A DNA stretch of 64,000 nt from an uncultured Mailhella sp. (GCA_964632155.1 CAZWBH010000006.1:7558-71557); one strand, 5' to 3'. Numbered from the stretch's first letter, positions 1-9,713 are shown. The notes: generated by a model from the sequence alone, not told the origin. Numbers and translations are program-made.

Positions 1-287
1 ATGTGGCAACGATTATCGCGCAGGGGGTGAGAGTAGACACCAAGCAGACCGCAGAGGCGGACGTCCAGCCCTGTTTCTTCCTTCATTTCGCGAACAGCGG
101 CGTGTTCGACAGTTTCGCCTTCCTCTATGAAGCCCCCGGGAAGTGCCATACCCATCGGCGGGTTCCTTCGCCGGATAAGTACAATGCCGCGGATTTTATC
201 GTAAATGACCACGTCCGCCGTAGGGAGAGGATTGCTGTGCTTGAGTACGAGAGCGCCACAGGAAGGACAGTAACGGGGGTGATTCAT
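1..287 (-). CDS. NUDIX hydrolase (N-terminal 95 codons; gene runs off the window start)
   Basis: My own minus-strand translation from the ATG at 287 gives MNHPRYCPSCGALVLKHS...LPGGFIEEGETVEHAAVREMKEETGL, which contains a Nudix box. An AAGGAG RBS lies upstream and the start overlaps the tsaC stop as ATGA. The ORF track misses it because there is no stop inside the window. Confidence 0.8.
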   Translation of the reverse strand, partial: MNHPRYCPSCGALVLKHSNPLPTADVVIYDKIRGIVLIRRRNPPMGMALPGGFIEEGETVEHAAVREMKEETGLDVRLCGLLGVYSHPLRDNRCH

Positions 288-928
288 ACTTTCTCCTTAT
301 AAAAAATAGTGAAGCCGGCTTTTTTGAGTTTGAGCAGTGAAAAAGCGCCGTTGCGGCGGATTTCGAGAGCATGAGAACCGAGAGGGCGGACAAGCGTGCT
401 GGAATGCGTGCCGGAAGGAGCGGGTGGAAAATCAAGAACGCCATCTTTCTTAGGATCAAGTGCGGTCAGGAGCATTGGATTGAGTTTTGCGGCGGAAGTG
501 ACGGGTTTTTCTTTGCTGATATTCGCACTGGTAGAGACAATGGGAAAGCCACAGAACTCCACAAGCCCGCGGGCTACGGGGTGGGAACTCACGCGCACGG
601 CGATATTCCCTGTCCCGGCGGTAAGCGCTTCGGGCAAGGCACTTCTGGCAGGCAGAAGCAGGGTGAGCGGCCCGGGCCAGAAACGGGCAAGTTCCGCAAC
701 ATCTTCGGTCAGCGGGGGGGGGACGGTGGCAACCAGCGCAAGTTGATCGGCGTTGGTCAGGATGAGGGGCAGAGGCTTGCACAGTGCGCGGCGCTTGATA
801 CGGAACACTCGCAGGATGGCTTCCTCGTTGTCGAAGCGGCAACCGATACCGAAGAATGTCTCCGTGGGGTAGATGAGGACTCCGCCTCTTTTCAAGATAC
901 ATACCGCTTCGGAAAAAGAAAGGAACAT
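284..928 (-). CDS. tsaC: L-threonylcarbamoyladenylate synthase, YrdC/TsaC family
   Basis: 214-aa ORF. GGVLIYPTETFFGIGC...RIKRRALCKPLPLIL matches the YrdC-domain signature. Confidence 0.8.
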   Translation of the reverse strand: MFLSFSEAVCILKRGGVLIYPTETFFGIGCRFDNEEAILRVFRIKRRALCKPLPLILTNADQLALVATVPPPLTEDVAELARFWPGPLTLLLPARSALPEALTAGTGNIAVRVSSHPVARGLVEFCGFPIVSTSANISKEKPVTSAAKLNPMLLTALDPKKDGVLDFPPAPSGTHSSTLVRPLGSHALEIRRNGAFSLLKLKKAGFTIFYKEKV

Positions 929-965
929 ACTTGTCTCCGCGGAGCGCTGTGTTTATAGTGTCTTC

Positions 966-1448
966 ATGAGCCTGAAACCCTTACGCCTCATCACGGTAGG
1001 CAGACCGCGCATGCTCTTCTGGAAGGAGGCCTCCGCCTACTACCTGGAGAGACTGGTTCGCTGGCGTCAAGTGACGGACACCGTTCTCCGCGATCCAGAC
1101 ACGGCGCTTTCGCCCGCCGACCGTATCGAGGAGGAAGGCAAACGTATTCTTTCTGCGCTGGAGCCGCGGGATATCGCGATCTGCCTTGATGAGCGGGGAC
1201 GCTCCATGAACTCGGTGGAATTTTCACGCTTTTTGGAAAGAATGTCCACAGATGGAACGCGCCGCCCTGCGTTTATCATTGGCGGTCCCTTCGGTTTGGC
1301 CTCTTCCGTGCGAGAAAAGGCGCGCTACCTTCTTGCTTTTGGCCCGCAGACTCTTCCGCATGAACTTGCGCGTGTGCTGCTCCTTGAGCAGCTCTACCGT
1401 GCGGAGGCCATTCTGCATCGCGTTCCGTACCATCACGGCGAGTATTAA
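966..1448 (+). CDS. rlmH: 23S rRNA (pseudouridine1915-N3)-methyltransferase RlmH
   Basis: MSLKPLRLITVGR...FIIGGPFGL...LPHELARVLLLEQLYRA is SPOUT RlmH-like. I chose the internal ATG at 966 rather than the track start at 873. Confidence 0.85.
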   Translation: MSLKPLRLITVGRPRMLFWKEASAYYLERLVRWRQVTDTVLRDPDTALSPADRIEEEGKRILSALEPRDIAICLDERGRSMNSVEFSRFLERMSTDGTRRPAFIIGGPFGLASSVREKARYLLAFGPQTLPHELARVLLLEQLYRAEAILHRVPYHHGEY

Positions 1449-3055
1449 AATTCTTCGCCCGCCATGCGGCGAAGTTCCGCGGCTCTGGCCTGAGCATCCA
1501 GCGTCTGACAGAAGGTAAAAGTTTCACTGTTTCTTTCTTCCTTAAAAACGTGGAAATGCTTGGTGGCCCGCGCGGCAAGTTGCGGCCAGTGCGTGATGAG
1601 CAGTACCTGACGGCGCCTGGCGAGGGCCGTCAGTCTGTCAGACAAGCGGTTGAGCGTAATTCCGCCAACACCGGCGTCCACTTCGTCAAAAACAAGCGTG
1701 GAATTCTCCCCTGCCTGCTGTATTCCCACTACGGCGAGCAGAAAACGGGAAAGTTCTCCACCGGACGCGATTTTGTCAAGCGCCTGAGGCCGCTGACCAG
1801 GGTTGGGTGACCAGAGCAGACGATAGCGCTCCTCCACGCAGGCGGGGCAAAGCGTTTTCCCCCTCTCTTCCACAGCGGGCCAGACTTCGCAGGGCGTGTG
1901 TTCCGGCTCCACGCGGACATGTTCGGAAAAACCCAACCCTGCCAATTCTTTTTCCAGCGCGGCGCAAAAACTTTCCGCCGCTTCTAGGCGTTGCGCGTTG
2001 CAACGCTCCAGCGTGGCGTGGAGTTTGCGAGCCAGTTCCCGTTCCCGCTTATCCAGGCGGTGTTCATCCAGCCCGCAGGCATCAAGAAAGGAGAGGTTTT
2101 CCGTGATTTTGTCCTTGAGCTTGAGTATTTCGGGTATGCTACGGTGCAGACGGCGCTTGAGTCTTGAAAGCTCGAAGAGTCGCGCTTCCATCGCGTCAGG
2201 GTCGAGACCATTCTCCATGGCCGGAACTGCACGGAAGCGTCTTGCCAGATCCTGGACTTCCTCTTCAAAATCTAGGAGAGCGTTCACTGCCGGGGTAAAG
2301 CTGTCGTCATCCTTGGCAAGGTTGGAGACCAGACGTTCCAATTCGCCAAGAAGGGAGATAAGCCCGTCTTTTTCTCCACCTAAGACAAGTTCAAGCCCTC
2401 GGGCATACTGTTCCCGCAGACGTTCCGTGGCCCTGAGATTGCTCTTGGCCTGTTCAAGGCGTTCCTCTTCGCCTTCTACAGGGGAAACCTTTTCTATTTC
2501 CTTCTGTTGCATTTCCAAAAGTTCGCGCTTTTCGTTGAGGGATGCGATGCGCCCCAGGAGCGCCTCGTGCTCCCGCTGTACCTCTTTTAATTCTTTAATG
2601 AGATGATTTTTTTCCGAAATAAGCTCCGGTTCCTTCATGAAGGCATCAATAAGACTGGCCTGATAGGAGGGCATGAGCAATTTTTGTTGTCCATGTTGAC
2701 TCACGTGGAAAAGCAGACTGGCGCGGAGCGCACGAATTGAATCCTGCGAGGCCAGTAAACCGTTGAGGAAGAAGTGACTGCGGCCTGTGAGCGCGGAAAG
2801 TTCGCGGCAGAGTATGAGTTCTTCCGCTTCCCCGTTTTCTCCAGGGCGGGTGAACAGCGCTTCCACTTGGGCCTTATCGCGTCCGGGGCGCACGAGGTCA
2901 GCGGTCAGTTTTTCCCCAAGAACAAAATTGAGGGCTTTGAGGATAAAACTCTTGCCCGCGCCGGTCTCGCCGGTGAGGACGTTCAGACCTCCGCCAAATT
3001 CTAGTTCCATGTCATCGATGAGCGCAAGGTCGCGGATACGAAGATATTCCAGCAT
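1445..3055 (-). CDS. recN: DNA repair protein RecN
   Basis: 536 aa. The N-terminus MLEYLRIRDLALID...LTGETGAGKS carries a Walker A motif, followed by a long coiled-coil middle and an SMC-like C-terminus. Confidence 0.9.
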   Translation of the reverse strand: MLEYLRIRDLALIDDMELEFGGGLNVLTGETGAGKSFILKALNFVLGEKLTADLVRPGRDKAQVEALFTRPGENGEAEELILCRELSALTGRSHFFLNGLLASQDSIRALRASLLFHVSQHGQQKLLMPSYQASLIDAFMKEPELISEKNHLIKELKEVQREHEALLGRIASLNEKRELLEMQQKEIEKVSPVEGEEERLEQAKSNLRATERLREQYARGLELVLGGEKDGLISLLGELERLVSNLAKDDDSFTPAVNALLDFEEEVQDLARRFRAVPAMENGLDPDAMEARLFELSRLKRRLHRSIPEILKLKDKITENLSFLDACGLDEHRLDKRERELARKLHATLERCNAQRLEAAESFCAALEKELAGLGFSEHVRVEPEHTPCEVWPAVEERGKTLCPACVEERYRLLWSPNPGQRPQALDKIASGGELSRFLLAVVGIQQAGENSTLVFDEVDAGVGGITLNRLSDRLTALARRRQVLLITHWPQLAARATKHFHVFKEERNSETFTFCQTLDAQARAAELRRMAGEEF

Positions 3056-3179
3056 ATTCTCACCGTGGAAAGGATCCCTTTATCCTGAGAATCCCTTGAA
3101 TGAGGAGAAAAGTCAAACAGAGATGAAGGGCGCCTGGAAAAAACAGATTTTGAGGAAGGTGCCCAACACTTTTGAGGAA

Positions 3180-4379
3180 TCAGCCCTTAAGGGCTTTGCG
3201 AAAGCCTTCGGCGGAGCGCTTGATCACTGCGTCGTCAATGGCAAAGGAAAGGCGGAAGTGGCCAGGGTAGCCGCCGAAGCCGGAACTGGGCACGGCAAGG
3301 ACAAGGTTTTGGGCCAGGCGTTCTACAATACCGTTGTCGTCTCCGTCAGGAGCCTTGGGAAAGAAGTAGAAGGAGCCTCTGGGCAGGGTGTATTCATAGC
3401 CAGACTCCGCGAGAATGGCGGCAAGGGTGTTGCGACGCCTAGTGTAGATGGTCAGGGCTTTTTCCGTGGAAGAACCCAGGCATTCGGCCATGAGGTACTG
3501 GCCTACCACCGGAGGGTTCACAAAACCGAGTACGCGGTTCGAGAAGATGAGACCGTCCATGAGCGTGTCAACTTGTTCCATGTCGGGGTTTAGGGCGATA
3601 TACCCTACGCGTTCTCCTGCCAGGCCGTAGTTTTTGGCAAAGGAGCTGACAAGTACAGCGTGATGGTAGAGGGGTAGCACGGCGGGGACTTCGATGCCAT
3701 CGTAGGCCAGAAAACGGTAAGGTTCATCGGAAATCAGGTAGATGGGGTGCCCGATACGCTTTGAGGCGTCTTCCAGCATGGCAACGAGAGCCAGGATATC
3801 TTCCTTGGAGTAAACGGCGCCGGAGGGGTTATTGGGCGAGTTGATGATGAGCGCGCGGGTGTGGGGCGTGACGGTCGCGTCAAGGGCGTCCACATCCGGC
3901 CCAAAATCTTCTTTGCGGCAGAAAACTGGCTTTATAACGCCGCCGTGATTCTGGACATAGAAACGGTATTCTCCGAAGAAGGGCGCGCAGACCAACACTT
4001 CGTCTCCAGGTTCGAGGACGGTGTGGAAGAAGGCGTTCATCACGCCGGCCGCGCCGCAACCTAACATTACATGGCGCGCTTCGAGGGGCATCTTCTGTTG
4101 CTTGCCAAGCCATGCCGCAAGTTTTTCACGTGCCCAAGGAAAGCCACCATTGGGCATATAGCCGAGAATGGCCGGTTCGGACATACGGGCGGCGAGCTTT
4201 TTCATGGCCGCCGCGGCTTCAGCAGGCGGTGCAAGGTCAGGGTTGCCCAGACTGAAATCGCATACGGCGTCCGCGCCGTATTTTTTACGAAGCTCAATAC
4301 CGGCCTCAAACATACGCCGGATCATGGAACCTTGAGAAAGGTTCTGCTCCATCGCGGCGGAAATGGCGGAAACTGACAT
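3180..4379 (-). CDS. Class I/II PLP-dependent aminotransferase (aspartate/alanine-type)
   Basis: 399 aa. DFSLGNPDLAPP, NSPNNPSG and SSFAKNYGLAGERVGY (SxxK lysine region) are typical of fold-type I aminotransferases. Confidence 0.8.
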   Translation of the reverse strand: MSVSAISAAMEQNLSQGSMIRRMFEAGIELRKKYGADAVCDFSLGNPDLAPPAEAAAAMKKLAARMSEPAILGYMPNGGFPWAREKLAAWLGKQQKMPLEARHVMLGCGAAGVMNAFFHTVLEPGDEVLVCAPFFGEYRFYVQNHGGVIKPVFCRKEDFGPDVDALDATVTPHTRALIINSPNNPSGAVYSKEDILALVAMLEDASKRIGHPIYLISDEPYRFLAYDGIEVPAVLPLYHHAVLVSSFAKNYGLAGERVGYIALNPDMEQVDTLMDGLIFSNRVLGFVNPPVVGQYLMAECLGSSTEKALTIYTRRRNTLAAILAESGYEYTLPRGSFYFFPKAPDGDDNGIVERLAQNLVLAVPSSGFGGYPGHFRLSFAIDDAVIKRSAEGFRKALKG

Positions 4380-4394
4380 GGCAGACTCCTTGTT

Positions 4395-5210
4395 TTACGG
4401 GGAAAATGAAGACTCCGCCGGGCCATGGAATGTAGCGAGTGCGGAGTTGAGTTTGTCCAGCCAAAGATCAATGAACATCGGATCATCGGCAAGGCCGCGG
4501 GCTTCGGCCTGGCAACATAGCCCCGTGGCTTCAATGCGGGATTTCCAGGAAGTGTTCGCGGCTCCGGCCATATCTTCGAGGGTGTGTCGTCCAACAAGGG
4601 AGAGCATTGGGAGTAACCAGACGCGGCGTGAGGCCGGAGCCTGCGCCTTGATGAGTGGAAGGACTTCCTCAAGGGGGGGATCGCTTACCATGCAGGCGAT
4701 ATGTACGCGGCAGTCCATGCGGCGTACGGACTCTGCCCACTTGGCGTACAGCAGGGCGCATTCATCCTGCCTACTGCCGTGGGCCATGCAGAGTACGGGT
4801 TCATCGGGCTTGCGGAGCGGAGAAAGATGGCGGAGTAAGACTTCTGCGGCAGTTTTAATGGCAGGGAGGGAGGAGAGGAGGGGAGAACCGAGGCGCGCCT
4901 GAAAGGCGCCGTCCGCCATCGCAAGTCGACAGTCTTCGGCCACGGCTGCATACTCTTCTCCGGGAATGAGGTGCAGGGACTGCACGGCCACATGCGTGTA
5001 GCGCTCAAAGCGCATTCGCTTGAGTGCCTTGAGTACGGAATCGGACTTTGTGCGAGAGTGTGCCAGACGCAGGCGCATGGATTCCGAAGTGAAGGCCCAG
5101 CGCAGTGGGAGGTGAAAACGAGATTCTGCCCTGGCTTGCACCAACCTCAGCGCCGTTGTTCCGCGCAGGTTCTCCGAACCGTAGGCCACAAGCAGTATAC
5201 CGCGCTTCAT
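4395..5210 (-). CDS. cbiK: Sirohydrochlorin cobaltochelatase CbiK-like
   Basis: MKRGILLVAYGS...WAFTS...VAVQSLHLIPGEEY parallels Salmonella CbiK as I recall it. Starting at the internal ATG 5210 gives an ATGA overlap with the upstream gene. The 60-codon extension in the track looks spurious. Confidence 0.7.
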   Translation of the reverse strand: MKRGILLVAYGSENLRGTTALRLVQARAESRFHLPLRWAFTSESMRLRLAHSRTKSDSVLKALKRMRFERYTHVAVQSLHLIPGEEYAAVAEDCRLAMADGAFQARLGSPLLSSLPAIKTAAEVLLRHLSPLRKPDEPVLCMAHGSRQDECALLYAKWAESVRRMDCRVHIACMVSDPPLEEVLPLIKAQAPASRRVWLLPMLSLVGRHTLEDMAGAANTSWKSRIEATGLCCQAEARGLADDPMFIDLWLDKLNSALATFHGPAESSFSP

Positions 5211-5671
5211 AGCCTTTTCGCGGGCGCATCGAAAGAGAAGGTCTCTTCGGTAAAGAGGGTGAAGCCTTTTTTCCGCAGTAGTGCGGCAAAAAATCCGTCT
5301 CCGTCGATTAGCGTGCGGGAGAACGTGCCATCGTAGATGCGACCGCATCCGCAGGAGGGGGAGCGGGCCTTGAGTATGGCGGTGCGACAACCGTATTCTT
5401 CGGCAAGGGACAGAGCCGCTGCGGCGCCGGAGGCAAATTCCGCGGTTTTGTCTTCTCCCGACGCGGAGAAAATACGACCGTTTTTCTGTTCGCAGGGAGT
5501 GCGCGGTACGGGCAAACCGCCCAGAACTTCGGGACAGACAGGTAGTGCCATCCCGTCCCTGACCAGAGAGGCTATGGTTGTGTTCAAGTTGGCCAGACCA
5601 TCATAGCGGCAGAGTTGACCGGCAAGGCAGGCGCTGACCACGTAGAGGCAAGGCCTCTGGATCTCATACAA
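5207..5671 (-). CDS. DUF523 (YbbK/TudS-like) domain protein
   Basis: 154 aa. SACLAGQLCRYDG...PVCPEVLGGLP.PR......SPSCG matches the DUF523 cysteine pattern. Confidence 0.7.
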   Translation of the reverse strand: MYEIQRPCLYVVSACLAGQLCRYDGLANLNTTIASLVRDGMALPVCPEVLGGLPVPRTPCEQKNGRIFSASGEDKTAEFASGAAAALSLAEEYGCRTAILKARSPSCGCGRIYDGTFSRTLIDGDGFFAALLRKKGFTLFTEETFSFDAPAKRL

Positions 5672-6716
5672 AAGCTATCTCCACCTGTTCCTGATCTTCC
5701 CTGCGACGGGTTATGGCGCCGATTTCCCAGGCGTTGGCGGCAAGCGACTGGAGGCGGGGCAAAATTTCGTCCGCCGTGGCGCGGTCGACTATCATGATAT
5801 AGCCGATGCCACAGTTAAAAATCTGAAGCATTTCTGGCCAGGTGAGGCGACCGTGTTCTTTCAGCCATTCAAAAATGGCAGGGCGTTGCCAACTGCCAAA
5901 TTTGATGCTTGCGCAAACGGTGGAGGGCAACACGCGCGGGATATTGTCGTAGAAGCCGCCGCCGGTGATGTGTACCATGCCCTTGACGTGCATGTCACGC
6001 ATTACGGTCTTTACATGTTCGGTGTAAATGATGGTGGGGGTCATAAAAACGTCGGTAAAGGTACGATTTGTGCCGGGCACGAGGTCATCAGCCCTGGCGC
6101 CGCTTTCTTCAAAGATTTTGCGTACCAGAGAGAAGCCGTTGGAATGGATGCCCGAGGAACCAAGACCGATGATGACGTCCCCCACGCTGATCGAGGATCC
6201 GTCCACAATGTCAGATCCGTCTACAATACCCACACAGAAACCCGCAAGGTCATAATCTCCCTTGGCGTACATGCCTGGCATTTCAGCGGTTTCGCCTCCA
6301 AGCAGGGCACAGCCGCTCTGGCGACAGCCTTCGACCACGCCGCTCACCACCGTAGCCGCTTGATCCACATTGAGTTCTCCGCAGGCAAAATAGTCGAGGA
6401 AGAACAAGGGCTTTGCCCCCAGAACGAGACAGTCGTTCACGCTCATGGCCACAAGGTCGATGCCTACGGTATCGTGCTTATTAAACATTGATGCCAGCTT
6501 CAGCTTGGTACCCACGCCGTCAGTCCCGGAGACGAGAACGGGAGACTGCATACCCGAAATATCGGGCCTGAACAGACCGCCGAAGCCGCCGATATCGGAA
6601 AGAACGCCGTGCGTCTGTGTGCTGGCCATCATCGATTTGATGCGAGAAACAAGCAAGTTGCCAGCATTGATATTGACTCCGGCTGCGGTGTAGGCATCGG
6701 AACGTGAAGAACTCAT
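5664..6716 (-). CDS. purM: Phosphoribosylformylglycinamidine cyclo-ligase (AIR synthetase)
   Basis: 350 aa with YTAAGVNINAGN, GGFGGLF and DGVGTKLK, which are PurM motifs. Confidence 0.92.
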   Translation of the reverse strand: MSSSRSDAYTAAGVNINAGNLLVSRIKSMMASTQTHGVLSDIGGFGGLFRPDISGMQSPVLVSGTDGVGTKLKLASMFNKHDTVGIDLVAMSVNDCLVLGAKPLFFLDYFACGELNVDQAATVVSGVVEGCRQSGCALLGGETAEMPGMYAKGDYDLAGFCVGIVDGSDIVDGSSISVGDVIIGLGSSGIHSNGFSLVRKIFEESGARADDLVPGTNRTFTDVFMTPTIIYTEHVKTVMRDMHVKGMVHITGGGFYDNIPRVLPSTVCASIKFGSWQRPAIFEWLKEHGRLTWPEMLQIFNCGIGYIMIVDRATADEILPRLQSLAANAWEIGAITRRREDQEQVEIAFV

Positions 6717-6916
6717 CTCGTATCTCCTGATTTAAGAACACGGTGGTTTGGAAGATGTGCGGGTTCCAGCCAAAGCGCTCCAGCTAGGTGGTTTCCTATA
6801 ATAGTCATTTCTCTTGGTTTTGCCAAGAGTGAAAAAGCTTCGAAAGTATCACTTTATCAATGACAAAATTCATTGATGCTCCCATTTAATGGAAATTAAT
6901 ATACCTTTTTTGCTCT

Positions 6917-7352
6917 TCATAAATTGAGTCTGTCGAAAAATCCGGTCAGGGTTTTGGAACGGCGATCACCCCATTCCCAACCGACAAGTTTTCGAGTGTT
7001 ATGGTCAAGAGTTTTCCAGATCCAGATACGAGCTTTTTTACGGATACAGGAAACCATTTCATCAATTTCAATCTCTTCAATCCGCGAATCCGCATCAGCT
7101 TCTGGGATAAATTTTCATAAAACATTTTTATCCGGCGCATGACACTCTGACCACTGACACCGATAATCCTTCCGGTCATTTTCATGGATACCCCGGAAAG
7201 ACAGGGTGTCAAAGCGAAGTGTTTATCCCGCATTGTTTTGCTATGATGCGTATCTTTTGTAAATTGAAAAACTACATTGTTTACATTTATTGCGCTGAGC
7301 TCCAGCCATAAACCCATTTTTACCTATGCCTCTGTCCACATTTACGACAGTG
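6917..7352 (-). pseudogene. IS1-family transposase relic: insA-like Zn-finger and HTH plus the first ~60 aa of an insB-like DDE domain; frame-broken and 3'-truncated
   Basis: My minus-strand translation in three frames gives HCRKCG / IGKNGFMAGAQRNKCKQC (compare E. coli IS1 InsA C-P-S-C...RNGKSTAGHQRYLCSHC). It also gives SGVSMKMTGRIIGVSGQSVMRRIK (compare [24 protein letters not shown]). The third segment is EIDEMVSCIRKKARIWIWKTLDHNTRKLVGWEWGDRRSKTL (compare InsB [34 protein letters not shown]). A stop follows FFDRLNL, so the second D and the E of the DDE triad are missing. Confidence 0.75.
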
Positions 7353-7582
7353 CCTTTCCTGTCCTCCCTTTTTTAGCAGAATAGCATAACATAAAAAGTT
7401 TGTCATTGAAAAAGTTTTTACTCTCAACGCTTCTTCGGAAAAATTGCCCTGAGAGTGCGAAAAGAAAAGGAACCGTGCCCTTTGCGTCGATTGACAAAGA
7501 GGCTCAAGGGGTTACTCTTAGCAGGGCTTCGGCTGTAAACCAAAGCAGTTCCCTTCATTCCCTGTCCAAAAAAGGCGGAACC

Positions 7583-8608
7583 ATGAGTAAAGATCCCTCC
7601 AATCCCTTTTTTCAGCTGAAAGTCCGCGACTTCCCCCCCCAACGCTTCGGCGGGGTGGGGGAAATTTTCCGCTGTTCCAACACTTCGGTAAAGAACAAGA
7701 AAAAGGAAGCAGTCGACGATGACGCGGATAAAGCGCTCTTTCTGGAAGCCATGGAAGGTACGGTTCAGGTTTATGGCGGACGCGGGAGTGCGGAAAAGAA
7801 AGAAGAAGGGAAAGCGGCGTTTACCTTTGAGGATGAGAACGTCTTTGCAAAGGCTCTGAACGGGGCAAAGTTTTCCCCAAAAAAAGAAGTTCCGCATTCT
7901 CTTCCCATGGTTAAGCGTGAATCCGGCGTGGAAGTAAGCTCCACACTCGAGGCTAAGGCACTTGTCGGCATTCAGAGGGTGAGGAGCGCGGGCGAACAGC
8001 CCCCCCAAATAGCGACTGGAGAAGAAGACGAAAGCCTCCGGGATTTCCTTAAAGCTGTTAAAGGCACATGCCCGCTCCATTCAGGCGGACGTGATGTTCC
8101 TCTTGAGACAGAGCCGCAAACGATGCCTCCTGCCGAGCAGCGACATCCTCTTCAGGACTTTATGGAGGGGAAAGTGGAATTTTCCGTGGTAAGCACAGAC
8201 GAATATGCCGAGGGCCACGTCGTAGGGCTGGATCTTTCACTCGTAGGCCAGCTTCGAGCCAGACAGTTCAGTCCTGAGGCCCACATTGATCTCCACGGTC
8301 TGAACAGCGCACAGGCTTTTCATACGCTTGTTGGTTTTTTCAGGAGTGCGTACTACAAGGGCGTGCGCGTTGCCCTCATTGTGACAGGGCGTGGGCGAAA
8401 TTCCCCCAACGGCGCCCCGGTTTTGCGGGGCAGGGTGCAGGAATGGTTCATGCATGATCCTTTTAAAAGAGTGGTTCTGGCCTTCTGTTCCGCCAAGCAG
8501 GAGGACGGCGGCACGGGTGCCTTTTATGTGCTCCTGCGGCGGTATAAAAAAAATTCGGGGAAAATTCGCTGGGATATTATGCCCTCCGACCCCGATCTCT
8601 ACCTCTGA
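7583..8608 (+). CDS. Smr domain-containing protein
   Basis: The C-terminus HIDLHGLNSAQAF...ALIVTGRGRNSP...VLR is an Smr domain. The N-terminal half is low complexity. ATG 7583 follows an AAGGCGGA RBS. The frame is open from TTG 7400, so the start is uncertain. Confidence 0.7.
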   Translation: MSKDPSNPFFQLKVRDFPPQRFGGVGEIFRCSNTSVKNKKKEAVDDDADKALFLEAMEGTVQVYGGRGSAEKKEEGKAAFTFEDENVFAKALNGAKFSPKKEVPHSLPMVKRESGVEVSSTLEAKALVGIQRVRSAGEQPPQIATGEEDESLRDFLKAVKGTCPLHSGGRDVPLETEPQTMPPAEQRHPLQDFMEGKVEFSVVSTDEYAEGHVVGLDLSLVGQLRARQFSPEAHIDLHGLNSAQAFHTLVGFFRSAYYKGVRVALIVTGRGRNSPNGAPVLRGRVQEWFMHDPFKRVVLAFCSAKQEDGGTGAFYVLLRRYKKNSGKIRWDIMPSDPDLYL

Positions 8609-8729
8609 GCGGAAGACGGGCACTTCGCGGAGGCTCTTGTCTTCAGGAAGACTTGCGCTTTTGCTTGAAGAAGTGAGATGCTTTTGCTAAACTGTACAAC
8701 GTCCAATTAAGTACCACTTGGAGAATTCT

Positions 8730-9713
8730 ATGCAGGCTCCGGAAAAAAATCTTTCCTTCGATCTTGTTCGTGTTACGGAGGCCGCCGCGCTCTCCGCCGC
8801 CCGCTGGCTGGGCAAGGGCGCCAAGGAAGAAGGCGACGGTGCGGCTGTGGACGCCATGCGCCTTTCTTTTGACTCCGTGAGCATCAAAGGGCGCGTGGTT
8901 ATTGGCGAAGGCGCCAAGGACAAGGCCCCCATGCTCTACAATGGCGAAGAGGTCGGCGATGGATCGGGTCCCTCTGTGGACATAGCCGTGGATCCTGTGG
9001 AGGGAACGAATCTTCTGGCTCTTGGGCGCCCCAACGCTATTGCCGTTATCGGGGCCTGCAAGGCCGGGTATATGTACAACCCCGGATCCAGCTATTACAT
9101 GAAGAAACTCGTGGTGGGGCGCGAAGCGCGTGACGTGGTGGATATTGATGCTCCCGTGGCGGATAACCTTTTCGCCGTGGCTCGCGCCATCGGAAAGGAT
9201 ATAGATGACCTTGTTGTTTTTGTTCTGGACAAGCCCCGACATAAGGAACTCATCGCCGATATCCGAAAAACCGGAGCCCGCATCACGCTTCATACGGATG
9301 GAGACGTTGCTGGATCTCTCATGGTGGCCGATCCCACCACAGACGTGGATGTGATGATGGGAACCGGGGGAACGCCGGAGGGAGTGATTTCTGCATGTGC
9401 CATTAAAGGTGTGGGCGGGCAGATATTTGGACGTTTTGACCCGCAATCCGAAGCGGAACGGCAGGCCATGCTCTCCGAAGGGGTACACATGGACGAGATA
9501 CTTACGGTGGATTCCATCATTCGGTCGGACGATGCCTTTTTTGCCGCTACCGGCATTTCGGGCGGAACTTTCTTGGGTGGCGTGAGTTATTCTGGTCGTG
9601 GCGCCGTGACGCATTCTCTGGTTATCCGCGCCAAGACGGGAACAATCCGCTACCTGGAATCCCATCACAACTGGGAAAGACTTATGAAAATCAGCTCCGT
9701 CCGCTATGACTGA
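8730..9713 (+). CDS. glpX: Fructose-1,6-bisphosphatase class II (GlpX)
   Basis: LVRVTEAAALSAARWLGKG, VDPVEGTN and MGTGGTPEGV are GlpX signatures. Confidence 0.9.
   Translation: MQAPEKNLSFDLVRVTEAAALSAARWLGKGAKEEGDGAAVDAMRLSFDSVSIKGRVVIGEGAKDKAPMLYNGEEVGDGSGPSVDIAVDPVEGTNLLALGRPNAIAVIGACKAGYMYNPGSSYYMKKLVVGREARDVVDIDAPVADNLFAVARAIGKDIDDLVVFVLDKPRHKELIADIRKTGARITLHTDGDVAGSLMVADPTTDVDVMMGTGGTPEGVISACAIKGVGGQIFGRFDPQSEAERQAMLSEGVHMDEILTVDSIIRSDDAFFAATGISGGTFLGGVSYSGRGAVTHSLVIRAKTGTIRYLESHHNWERLMKISSVRYD

Noticed and set aside
3-302. 99-aa plus-strand ORF at the window start
   Set aside because: It is the antisense frame of a clear NUDIX hydrolase gene on the minus strand (Nudix box found). It has no motif of its own.
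4395-5390. Long N-terminal extensions offered by the ORF track for cbiK, rlmH, alaX-like, pdxK, ruvX, lon, plsX, nusB and others
   Set aside because: In each case the extension is basic nonsense. It either overlaps the upstream gene or precedes an internal ATG that has an RBS and a canonical family N-terminus. I used the internal starts.
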